Shown here: piece by piece, positions 1 to 12,153 of the stretch | Position numbering within the stretch: position 1 is the first letter of the stretch | Layout: the number at the start of each line of letters is the position of its first letter | Assembly: GCA_040954595.2 (NCBI GenBank) | Contig: CM082576.2 | Coordinates: 12,217,129-12,281,128, forward strand | DNA length: 64,000 bases | Origin: Balanoglossus misakiensis | Lineage: Eukaryota > Animalia > Hemichordata | Reading direction: 5' to 3' | The notes under the pieces: generated by a model | Database searches by the model: none | What the model was told of the DNA's origin: nothing | The model's input: only the letters and a program-made list of their open reading frames with translations | Position numbers and translations under genes: made by a program

Positions 1-920
1 ATAGAGGGCGCTGTAGACCAATTTCACAGACATCAACGTTCAGTTGGGCGAATGACCGAAACAACTGAGTCATCGGCCAGCGATGGAAAATGCTCAGTGT
101 CTTTCCCATATAATTTGTCAATGGGTAAATAAACACTCCACCCAATGGAAAGTCATCCCACGGGGAAAAAACACTTCCTTCCTTTGAATGATGATATCCA
201 CTTCATCAAGATGCGTCATTTTTTACATTAGAAATTGCTTCAATAGCCGCGTCGGGTCTATGGTTACACTTCTTTTCCCGTGTATACCCGCTGGTGTAAT
301 CTAACAATATTACAAATGGACGTTTAGTATATTGACAGTCCCTCCCCACACAAGGCTCGTGATTGACTAGCCATGTAATGAACTCGTCCCTGCAGTCATT
401 TTAGAGCCCACGAGACGTTTTATCTTGCTACCTGCGTTATTCAAATAATCAGATCACTTTCCTCAAAAATGGCGGTTGCTGTTAACGACAATTTCGACAC
501 TAGCGTTGTGTGATTAATTTTGACAATATTAAGTGAATGAACGAACCGAAAAAAACATCGTTTCATTTTCCGTTGGCTTAGCAACGGAAGCACCGACGGA
601 AACAGTCAGCTAATGTAATATATTTGTTTACAAGAAATGTTCTGCGTTGGATCAATTAAGGAGAGATGTTCCTTTCTTGAACTAACGGAGGGTTTTGCCA
701 TTAGCCCTATGGCTGAAATCTGTTTTGATGGCATTCACATTTGATATTGATCCGTTGTTAAATGATTTTGGTGAATCGTCATTTTACAGTTTCATCATTC
801 ATGCAACGAAGCATGATAATTCATGTCAAACGGTGATTCTATAAAAACAATATAATAACCGGTGATTATCGTATATAGTATTCTCATTATGCTCTCTTTC
901 TCTATGTCTGTCTCTGCCTA

Positions 921-963
921 ATCATCATCATCATCATCACCATTACCGCCACCGCCACCACCA
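921..963. repeat. Short (CAT)n/(CAC/CGC)n microsatellite
   Basis: Direct reading. Confidence 0.85.
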
Positions 964-3125
964 AACTTCATACGGGGATTTTGCGTTGGCGTGTCACGAA
1001 AGGACACATCATCCATTTCCATGTTCCGTCCCATCAAACCCGTTATTTATGAATGTTCCGAAATGAAATCACGTCCCGCAGCGATCCTGGATTGTTGTAT
1101 CCAAGGCCTAAGTAATTACTCTAGTGGACGCTGAAACTTTCGCCATGACAACGTTATACTCGTAGCCAATCTACCCTCTCTTCCATCACCTTTTATTCAT
1201 CACACTTTATGAGAGGCGAATCGACGGAATATAAACCACAATTCCGCTAACTGTTTTTAATATCGATCTGCGATGTACAATCTGCCAGCATGGTTTAACG
1301 ACTTACACAGTTTCCTTCTTAGGGCGATATCGAATGATGCTAGGTAACGGTGTGGAGGAAGAATTGTTGACAATCAACTAAAAACAACTTTAATTGTTTT
1401 ATTTGAATAAGAAATAATATAGGACCAAATGAACCGAACAGACCCAGATTTTCATGACGATTTCGAAAGATATCACGCATATTAATGCGGACAATTAAAG
1501 CGACTAAGCTCCTATAAATACTCACCTAGTTATTTAAAATTTCTTACACGAGATACCTTTTCAGATTCCCTAGCATGGAAGATCAGTTATCTATACAGGC
1601 ATAGAAACGGTATTTGAAATAATGAATATTCGCTCTTGCATGTTACGAAATGTTTGAGCATGGTATGTCCTCGTTTCTACGCGATATCTGATATGAAAAT
1701 TGTAAATGCATCCTTCACAAACCGATTTAGAAAAAGAATCACGCCATGTTTGACGAGAGGCCCAATCACGAGGACGACTGTAAAATTCAAGCAGTATAGG
1801 TACACTAATGAGTGTGTTGACGGTCATCATAGCGCCTCTGTACGCAGTACCGTGACACACGACGACGTGAAAACAAAACGTCGCCTATTAGCGGAATGCT
1901 CGGGAGTCGTTTCACGAGAGGAAACCGCGGGTCGCCAGGGGAACCGGGCAGAAAAGAAGGGACCCCTTTCACTTCATTGTCTTCACTGCCGCCGTTGCCA
2001 AGGCGGATGTGTCGCCATGGCGATGGGAAATTGGAACGACGTCACGTAATGGAAGCGGCCTCGGTTTTGTTGACTCAAACATTATTTTTTTTCTGACGCA
2101 GGCAGTCGTCTGGTAAAGGAACTGTAACCACTTTCGCTTATTACTTCTGGCCGCTCATATAATGGACACATCTCAATACGGTCAATTTGACATTTGATGA
2201 AAATGTAAACGAATAAAATTGGCCTCTGTCTTAGTGTACCGTGGCATTGTTCCATTATATGTAGGCCTAGGCCAATATACTTGATAGAATCAGCCTAATA
2301 TTACCGACAGTAAAAAAACTCGTTTGAATAACTGAATAAAACCCGTTCCTATTGCAGTTATTATACTGGGGAATTGATGTAGCCGATGATAGTCTAATAA
2401 TTTTGCTTTTGCCCCAAGAATGTTGCAGCAAAGCTGTAAAATTGACTATATAGGCCTAAGAGATTCTGAACGCATATCCGAGGTACAGCAGACTGATGTT
2501 TGTCATAATCGCACGGTCAATTGACAGCATTCTGTTACTGCAGCATCGGATTTGATTTCCTCACAACGTGCATAGGTTGACACACCGTTTTTGAGGACTA
2601 ACTCTGATTGGCAGCTGACCTAGGCTCTGTGACGTGGTGGAATTATTCCTTGTTTTTTTCGAAAGTTCACAAAGGGCCATGTACGCTACACGGTTGACTG
2701 CCAAGGTAATTCAATTAATATGAGGTTCGGTGCATTCAAGCTTCGGTCATGGTTGAAACTGATACAACTGGGTGGAAACCTTGTGGACTGATCGTTCATT
2801 TCTTCTTTACTAGTAAGTCTGCGTGTTGCAATGGTTAGTGGTTTCGCGCCAATTAAGTTTGCACTTTTCGCATTTATGTTTTCTGTGTTAATGGTCACGA
2901 TCGAGTCCACTGAACTCGGTCGTCAGTTAAGTTACCCTGTATTTCAGGTAAACGTGAGGGTTAGGTGATGCTGTGTACTAAGCGTGGTGGTGAGACCACG
3001 GTGAACACCACTGACGATTCCACATGGATATGTCTGCCTATACTCCGTAAAGCGGTGTTGACTGTCCCTTCCCACACCATTCAATAAAAATATAATAGAA
3101 TTTTTCTCATTCACCCTTTTCATTA

Positions 3126-6100
3126 TTTTCAAGTTTTTGATGTGGACGGACATACAGACAGACATACAGACATACATCCATACATCCATTCATACATACA
3201 TACAGACGCAACCGATCGGATGATTTTCATGAGCTATAACCCATGATTTTTTTTCAAAAAATGAAGAAATTTTGAACTTTCGCAAAGTCGAAAAATTGTC
3301 ATTTTCGGATGATTTTCATGAGCTATAACCCATGATTTTTTCGAAAAATGAAGAAATTTTGAACTTTCGCAAAGTCGAAAAATTGTCATTTTCGGATGAT
3401 TTTCATGAGCTATAACCCATGATTTTTTTCAAAAAATGAAGAAATTTTGAAATTTCGCAAAGTCGAAAAATTATCATTTTCGGATGATTTTCATGAGCTA
3501 TAACCCATGATTTTTTTCAAAAAGTGAAGAAATTTTGAAATTTCGCAAAGTCGAATAATTGTCATTTTCGGATGATTTTCATGAGCTATAACCCATGATT
3601 TTTTTCGAAAAATGAAGAAATTTTGAACTTTCGCAAAGTCGAAAAATTGTCATTTTCGGATGATTTTCATGAGCTATAACCCATGATTTTTTTCGAAAAA
3701 TGAAGAAATTTTGAACTTTCGCAAAGTCGAAAAATTGTCATTTTCGGATGATTTTCATGAGCTATAACCCATGATTTTTTTCGAAAAATGAAGAAATTTT
3801 GAACTTTCGCAAAGTCGAAAAATTGTCATTTTCGGATGATTTTCATGAGCTATAACCCATGATTTTTTCGAAAAATGAAGAAATTTTGAACTTTCGCAAA
3901 GTCGAAAAATTGTCATTTTCGGATGATTTTCATGAGCTATAACCCATGATTTTTTTCAAAAAATGAAGAAATTTTGAAATTTCGCGAAGTCGAAAAATTG
4001 TCATTTTCGGATGATTTTCATGAGCTATAACCCATGATTTTTTTCAAAAAATGAAGAAATTTTGAACTTTCGCAAAGTCGAAAAATTGTCATTTTCGGAT
4101 GATTTTCATGAGCTATAACCCATGATTTTTTTCAAAAAATGAAGAAATTTTGAACTTTTGCAAAGATGATTTTCATGAGCTATAACCCATGATTTTTTTC
4201 AAAAAAGTGAAGAAATTTTGAACTTTCGCAAAGTCGAAAAATTGTCATTTTCGGATGATTTTCATGAGCTATAACCCATGATTTTTTTCAAAAAATGAAG
4301 AAATTTTGAACTTTCGCAAAGTCGAAAAATTGTCATTTTCGGATGATTTTCATGAGCTATAACCCATGATTTTTTTCAAAAAGTGAAGAAATTTTGAATT
4401 TTCGCAAAGTCGAAAAATTGTCATTTTCGGATGATTTTCATGAGCTATAACCCATGATTTTTTTCAAAAAATGAAGAAATTTTGAACTTTCGCAAAGTCG
4501 AAAAATTGTCATTTTCGGATGGTTTTCATGAGCTATAACCCATGATTTTTTTCAAAAAAGTGAAGAAATTTTGAACTTTCGCAAAGTCGAAAAATTGTCA
4601 TTTTCGGATAATTTTCATGAGCTATAACCCATGATTTATTTCGAAAAATGAAGAAATTTTGAACTTTCGCAAAGTCGAAAAATTGTCATTTTCGGATGAT
4701 TTTCATGAGCTATAACCCATGATTTTTTTCGAAAAATGAAGAAATTTTGAACTTTCGCAAAGTCCAAAAATTGTCATTTTCGGATGATTTTCATGAGCTA
4801 TAACCCATGATTTTTTTCAAAAAATGAAGAAATTTTGAAATTTCGCAAAGTCGAAAAATTGTCATTTTCGGATGATTTTCATGAGCTATAACCCATGATT
4901 TTTTTCAAAAAATGAAGATATTTAGAAATTTCGCAACGTCGAAAAATTGTCATTTTCGGATGATTTTCATGAGCTATAACCCATGATTTTTTTCAAAAAG
5001 TGAAGAAATTTTGAACTTTCGCAAAGTCGAAAAATTGTCATTTTCGGATGATTTTCATGAGCTATAACCCATGATTTATTTCGAAAAATGAAGAAATTTT
5101 GAACTTTCGCAAAGTCGAAAAATTGTCATTTTCGGATGATTTTCATGAGCTATAACCCATGATTTTCTTCGAAAAATGAAGAAATTTTGAACTTTCGCAA
5201 AGTCGAAAAATTGTCATTTTCGGATGATTTTCATGAGCTATAACCCATGATTTTCTTCGAAAAATGAAGAAATTTTGAACTTTCGCAAAGTCGAAAAATT
5301 GTCATTTTCGGATGATTTTCATGAGCTATAACCCATGATTTTTTTCAAAAAATGAAAAAATTTTGAAATTTCGCGAAGTCGAAAAATTGTCATTTTCGGA
5401 TGATTTTCATGAGCTATAACCCATGATTTTTTTCAAAAAATGAAGAAATTTTGAACTTTCGCAAAGTCGAAAAATTGTCATTTTCGGATGATTTTCATGA
5501 GCTATAACCCATGATTTTTTTCAAAAAATGAAGAAATTTTGAACTTTTGCAAAGATGATTTTCATGAGCTATAACCCATGATTTTTTTCAAAAAAGTGAA
5601 GAAATTTTGAACTTTCGCAAAGTCGAAAAATTGTCATTTTCGGATGATTTTCATGAGCTATAACCCATGATTTTTTTCAAAAAATGAAGAAATTTTGAAC
5701 TTTCGCAAAGTCGAAAAATTGTCATTTTCGGATGATTTTCATGAGCTATAACCCATGATTTTTTTCAAAAAGTGAAGAAATTTTGAATTTTCGCAAAGTC
5801 GAAAAATTGTCATTTTCGGATGATTTTCATGAGCTATAACCCATGATTTTTTTCAAAAAATGAAGAAATTTTGAACTTTCGCAAAGTCGAAAAATTGTCA
5901 TTTTCGGATGATTTTCATGAGCTATAACCCATGATTTTTTTCAAAAAGTGAAGAAATTTTGAACTTTCGCAAAGTCGAAAAATTGTCATTTTCGGATGAT
6001 TTTCATGAGCTATAACCCATGATTTTCTTCGAAAAATGAAGAAATTTTGAACTTTCGCAAAGTCGAAAAATTGTCATTTTCGGATGATTTTCATGAGCTA

Positions 6101-9100
6101 TAACCCATGATTTTCTTCGAAAAATGAAGAAATTTTGAACTTTCGCAAAGTCGAAAAATTGTCATTTTCGGATGATTTTCATGAGCTATAACCCATGATT
6201 TTTTTCAAAAAATGAAGAAATTTTGAAATTTCGCGAAGTCGAAAAATTGTCATTTTCGGATGATTTTCATGAGCTATAACCCATGATTTTTTTCAAAAAA
6301 TGAAGAAATTTTGAACTTTCGCAAAGTCGAAAAATTGTCATTTTCGGATGATTTTCATGAGCTATAACCCATGATTTTTTTCAAAAAATGAAGAAATTTT
6401 GAACTTTTGCAAAGATGATTTTCATGAGCTATAACCCATGATTTTTTTCAAAAAAGTGAAGAAATTTTGAACTTTCGCAAAGTCGAAAAATTGTCATTTT
6501 CGGATGATTTTCATGAGCTATAACCCATGATTTTTTTCAAAAAATGAAGAAATTTTGAACTTTCGCAAAGTCGAAAAATTGTCATTTTCGGATGATTTTC
6601 ATGAGCTATAACCCATGATTTTTTTCAAAAAGTGAAGAAATTTTGAATTTTCGCAAAGTCGAAAAATTGTCATTTTCGGATGATTTTCATGAGCTATAAC
6701 CCATGATTTTTTTCAAAAAATGAAGAAATTTTGAACTTTCGCAAAGTCGAAAAATTGTCATTTTCGGATGATTTTCATGAGCTATAACCCATGATTTATT
6801 TCGAAAAATGAAGAAATTTTGAACTTTCGCAAAGTCGAAAAATTGTCATTTTCGGATGATTTTCATGAGCTATAACCCATGATTTTTTTCAAAAAATGAA
6901 GAAATTTTGAAATTTCGCGAAGTCGAAAAATTGTCATTTTCGGATGATTTTCATGAGCTATAACCCATGATTTTTTTCAAAAAATGAAGAAATTTTGAAC
7001 TTTCGCAAAGTCGAAAAATTGTCATTTTCGGATGATTTTCATGAGCTATAACCCATGATTTTTTTCAAAAAATGAAGAAATTTTGAACTTTTGCAAAGAT
7101 GATTTTCATGAGCTATAACCCATGATTTTTTTCAAAAAAGTGAAGAAATTTTGAACTTTCGCAAAGTCGAAAAATTGTCATTTTCGGATGATTTTCATGA
7201 GCTATAACCCATGATTTTTTTCAAAAAATGAAGAAATTTTGAACTTTCGCAAAGTCGAAAAATTGTCATTTTCGGATGATTTTCATGAGCTATAACCCAT
7301 GATTTTTTTCAAAAAGTGAAGAAATTTTGAATTTTCGCAAAGTCGAAAAATTGTCATTTTCGGATGATTTTCATGAGCTATAACCCATGATTTTTTTCAA
7401 AAAATGAAGAAATTTTGAACTTTCGCAAAGTCGAAAAATTGTCATTTTCGGATGATTTTCATGAGCTATAACCCATGATTTTTTTCAAAAAGTGAAGAAA
7501 TTTTGAACTTTCGCAAAGTCGAAAAATTGTCATTTTCGGATGATTTTCATGAGCTATAACCCATGATTTTCTTCGAAAAATGAAGAAATTTTGAACTTTC
7601 GCAAAGTCGAAAAATTGTCATTTTCGGATGATTTTCATGAGCTATAACCCATGATTTTCTTCGAAAAATGAAGAAATTTTGAACTTTCGCAAAGTCGAAA
7701 AATTGTCATTTTCGGATGATTTTCATGAGCTATAACCCATGATTTTTTTCAAAAAATGAAGAAATTTTGAACTTTCGCAAAGTCGAAAAATTGTCATTTT
7801 CGGATGATTTTCATGAGCTATAACCCATGATTTTTTTCAAAAAATGAAGAAATTTTGAACTTTTGCAAAGATGATTTTCATGAGCTATAACCCATGATTT
7901 TTTTCAAAAAAGTGAAGAAATTTTGAACTTTCGCAAAGTCGAAAAATTGTCATTTTCGGATGATTTTCATGAGCTATAACCCATGATTTTTTTCAAAAAA
8001 TGAAGAAATTTTGAACTTTCGCAAAGTCGAAAAATTGTCATTTTCGGATGATTTTCATGAGCTATAACCCATGATTTTTTTCAAAAAGTGAAGAAATTTT
8101 GAATTTTCGCAAAGTCGAAAAATTGTCATTTTCGGATGATTTTCATGAGCTATAACCCATGATTTTTTTCAAAAAATGAAGAAATTTTGAACTTTCGCAA
8201 AGTCGAAAAATTGTCATTTTCGGATGATTTTCATGAGCTATAACCCATGATTTTTTTCAAAAAGTGAAGAAATTTTGAACTTTCGCAAAGTCGAAAAATT
8301 GTCATTTTCGGATGATTTTCATGAGCTATAACCCATGATTTTCTTCGAAAAATGAAGAAATTTTGAACTTTCGCAAAGTCGAAAAATTGTCATTTTCGGA
8401 TGATTTTCATGAGCTATAACCCATGATTTTCTTCGAAAAATGAAGAAATTTTGAACTTTCGCAAAGTCGAAAAATTGTCATTTTCGGATGATTTTCATGA
8501 GCTATAACCCATGATTTTTTTCAAAAAATGAAGAAATTTTGAAATTTCGCGAAGTCGAAAAATTGTCATTTTCGGATGATTTTCATGAGCTATAACCCAT
8601 GATTTTTTTCAAAAAATGAAGAAATTTTGAACTTTCGCAAAGTCGAAAAATTGTCATTTTCGGATGATTTTCATGAGCTATAACCCATGATTTTTTTCAA
8701 AAAATGAAGAAATTTTGAACTTTTGCAAAGATGATTTTCATGAGCTATAACCCATGATTTTTTTCAAAAAAGTGAAGAAATTTTGAACTTTCGCAAAGTC
8801 GAAAAATTGTCATTTTCGGATGATTTTCATGAGCTATAACCCATGATTTTTTTCAAAAAATGAAGAAATTTTGAACTTTCGCAAAGTCGAAAAATTGTCA
8901 TTTTCGGATGATTTTCATGAGCTATAACCCATGATTTTTTTCAAAAAGTGAAGAAATTTTGAATTTTCGCAAAGTCGAAAAATTGTCATTTTCGGATGAT
9001 TTTCATGAGCTATAACCCATGATTTTTTTCAAAAAATGAAGAAATTTTGAACTTTCGCAAAGTCGAAAAATTGTCATTTTCGGATGATTTTCATGAGCTA

Positions 9101-12100
9101 TAACCCATGATTTATTTCGAAAAATGAAGAAATTTTGAACTTTCGCAAAGTCGAAAAATTGTCATTTTCGGATGATTTTCATGAGCTATAACCCATGATT
9201 TTTTTTCGAAAAATGAAGAAATTTTGAACTTTTGCAAAGATGATTTTCATGAGCTATAACTCATGATTTTTTTTTAAAAAGTGAAGAAATTTTGAACTTT
9301 CGCAAAGTCGAAAAATTGTCATTTTCGGATGATTTTCATGAGCTATAACCCATGATTTTTTTCGAAAAATGAAGAAATTTTGAACTTTCGCAAAGTCCAA
9401 AAATTGTCATTTTCGGATGATTTTCATGAGCTATAACCCATGATTTTTTTCGAAAAATGAAGAAATTTTGAACTTTCGCAAAGTCGAAAAATTGTCATTT
9501 TCGGATGATTTTCATGAGCTATAACCCATTATTTTTTTCGAAAAATGAAGAAATTTTGAACTTTCGCAAAGTCCAAAAATTGTCATTTTCGGATGATTTT
9601 CATGAGCTATAACCCATGATTTTTTTCAAAAAATGAAGAAATTTTGAAATGTCGCAAAGTCGAAAAATTGTCATTTTCGGATGATTTTCATGAGCTATAA
9701 CCCATGATTTTTTTCAAAAAATGAAGATATTTAGAAATTTCGCAACGTCGAAAAATTGTCATTTTCGGATGATTTTCATGAGCTATAACCCATGATTTTT
9801 TTCAAAAAGTGAAGAAATTTTGAACTTTCGCAAAGTCGAAAAATTGTCATTTTCGGATGATTTTCATGAGCTATAACCCATGATTTATTTCGAAAAATGA
9901 AGAAATTTTGAACTTTCGCAAAGTCGAAAAATTGTCATTTTCGGATGATTTTCATGAGCTATAACCCATGATTTTCTTCGAAAAATGAAGAAATTTTGAA
10001 CTTTCGCAAAGTCGAAAAATTGTCATTTTCGGATGATTTTCATGAGCTATAACCCATGATTTTCTTCGAAAAATGAAGAAATTTTGAACTTTCGCAAAGT
10101 CAAAAAATTGTCATTTTCGGATGATTTTCATGAGCTATAACCCATGATTTTTTTCAAAAAATGAAGAAATTTTGAAATTTCGCGAAGTCGAAAAATTGTC
10201 ATTTTCGGATGATTTTCATGAGCTATAACCCATGATTTTTTTCAAAAAATGAAGAAATTTTGAACTTTCGCAAAGTCGAAAAACTGTCATTTTCGGATGA
10301 TTTTCATGAGCTATAACCCATGATTTTTTTCAAAAAGTGAAGAAATTTTGAATTTTCGCAAAGTCGAAAAATTGTCATTTTCGGATGATTTTCATGAGCT
10401 ATAACCCATGATTTTTTTCAAAAAATGAAGAAATTGTGAAATTTCGCAAAGTCGAAAAATTGTCATTTTCGGATGATTTTCATGAGCTATAACCCATGAT
10501 TTTTTTCAAAAAATGAAGAAATTTTGAACTTTCGCAAAGTCGAAAAATTGTCATTTTCGGATGATTTTCATGAGCTATAACCCATGATTTTTTTCATAAA
10601 GTGAAGAAATTTTGAACTTTCGCAAAGTCGAAAAATTGTCATTTTCGGATGATTTTCATGAGCTATAACCCATGATTTTTTTCAAAAAATGAAGAAATTT
10701 TGAACTTTCGCAAAGTCGAAAAATTGTCATTTTCGGATGATTTTCATGAGCTATAACCCATGATTTATTTCGAAAAATGAAGAAATTTTGAACTTTCGCA
10801 AAGTCGAAAAATTGTCATTTTCGGATGATTTTCATGAGCTATAACCCATGATTTTCTTCGAAAAATGAAGAAATTTTGAACTTTCGCAAAGTCGAAAAAT
10901 TGTCATTTTCGGATGATTTTCATGAGCTATAACCCATGATTTTCTTCGAAAAATGAAGAAATTTTGAACTTTCGCAAAGTCGAAAAATTGTCATTTTCGG
11001 ATGATTTTCATGAGCTATAACCCATGATTTTTTTCAAAAAATGAAGAAATTTTGAAATTTCGCGAAGTCGAAAAATTGTCATTTTCGGATGATTTTCATG
11101 AGCTATAACCCATGATTTTTTTCAAAAAATGAAGAAATATTTAACTTTCGCAAAGTCGAAAAATTGTCATTTTCGGATGATTTTCATGAGCTATAACCCA
11201 TGATTTTTTTCAAAAAATGAAGAAATTTTGAACTTTTGCAAAGATGATTTTCATGAGCTATAACCCATGATTTTTTTCAAAAAAGTGAAGAAATTTTGAA
11301 ATTTCGCAAAGTCGAAAAATTGTCATTTTCGGATGATTTTCATGAGCTATAACCCATGATTTTTTTCAAAAAATGAAGATATTTTGAAATTTCGCAAAGT
11401 CGAAAAATTGTCATTTTCGGATGATTTTCATGAGCTATAATCCATGATTTTTTTCAGAAAATGAAGAAATTTTGAAATTTCGCAAAGTCGAAAAATTGTC
11501 ATTTTCGGATGATTTTCATAAGCTATAACCCATGATTTTTTTCAAAAAATGAAGATATTTTGAAATTTCGCAAAGTCGAAAAATTGTCATTTTCGGATGA
11601 TTTTCATGAGCTCTAACCCATGATTTTTTTTCAAAAAATGAAGAAATTTTGAAATTTCGCAAAGTCGAAAAATTGTCATTTTCGGATGATTTTCATGAGC
11701 TATAACCACTGATTTTTTTCAAAAAATGAAGAAATTTTGAAATTTCGCAAAGTCGAAAAATTGTCATTTTCGGGTGATTTTCATGAGCTATAACCCATGA
11801 TTTTTTTCAAAAAATGAAGAAATTTTGAACTTTCGCAAAGTCGAAAAATTGTCATTTTTGGATGATTTTCATGAGCTATAACCCATGATTTTTTTTTAAA
11901 AATGAAGAAATTTTGAAATTTCGCAAAGTCGAAAAATTGTCATTTTCGGATGATTTTCATGAGCTATAACCCATGATTTCTTGAAATTTCGCAACAAATA
12001 TCAAGGTCGTACGCGCTGCGGTTTTCAAATTTTTGATGTGAACGGACATACAGACATACATCCATACATCCATCCATCCATACATCCATCCATACATACA

Positions 12101-12153
12101 GACGCAACCGATCCCATAAGGTCCCATGGTTTATACCAATGGGACCTAAAAAA
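3126..12153 (-). mobile_element. Helentron-associated non-autonomous (HINE/DINE-1-like) element carrying the satellite
   Basis: On the minus strand it reads: T-run, terminal hairpin (AGGTCCCAT 12119-12127 / ATGGGACCT 12139-12147), GTCT/GTAT/GGAT microsatellite, short unique core, then the tandem array. This order is typical of HINE/DINE-1/pearl-like elements. A second copy of the microsatellite-plus-core head lies at 3126-3217. No canonical 3' end was seen. Confidence 0.65.
3217..11994. repeat. 88-bp tandem satellite, ~100 monomers (consensus CGGATGATTTTCATGAGCTATAACCCATGATTTTTTTCAAAAAATGAAGAAATTTTGAACTTTCGCAAAGTCGAAAAATTGTCATTTT)
   Basis: Unit read directly (e.g. 5641-5728, next unit starts at 5729). 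Near-identical head-to-tail copies over ~8.8 kb, with a recurrent monomer missing ~21 bp. Confidence 0.98.

Noticed and set aside
1636-2049. 137-aa plus-strand ORF containing EKKGPL, which echoes vertebrate STUM REKKGPL
   Set aside because: It is on the opposite strand to the stum gene and has no further similarity, so it is a chance match.
3217-11994. CRISPR-like array
   Set aside because: Units are contiguous near-identical monomers with no unique spacers, there are no cas genes, and the context is eukaryotic.
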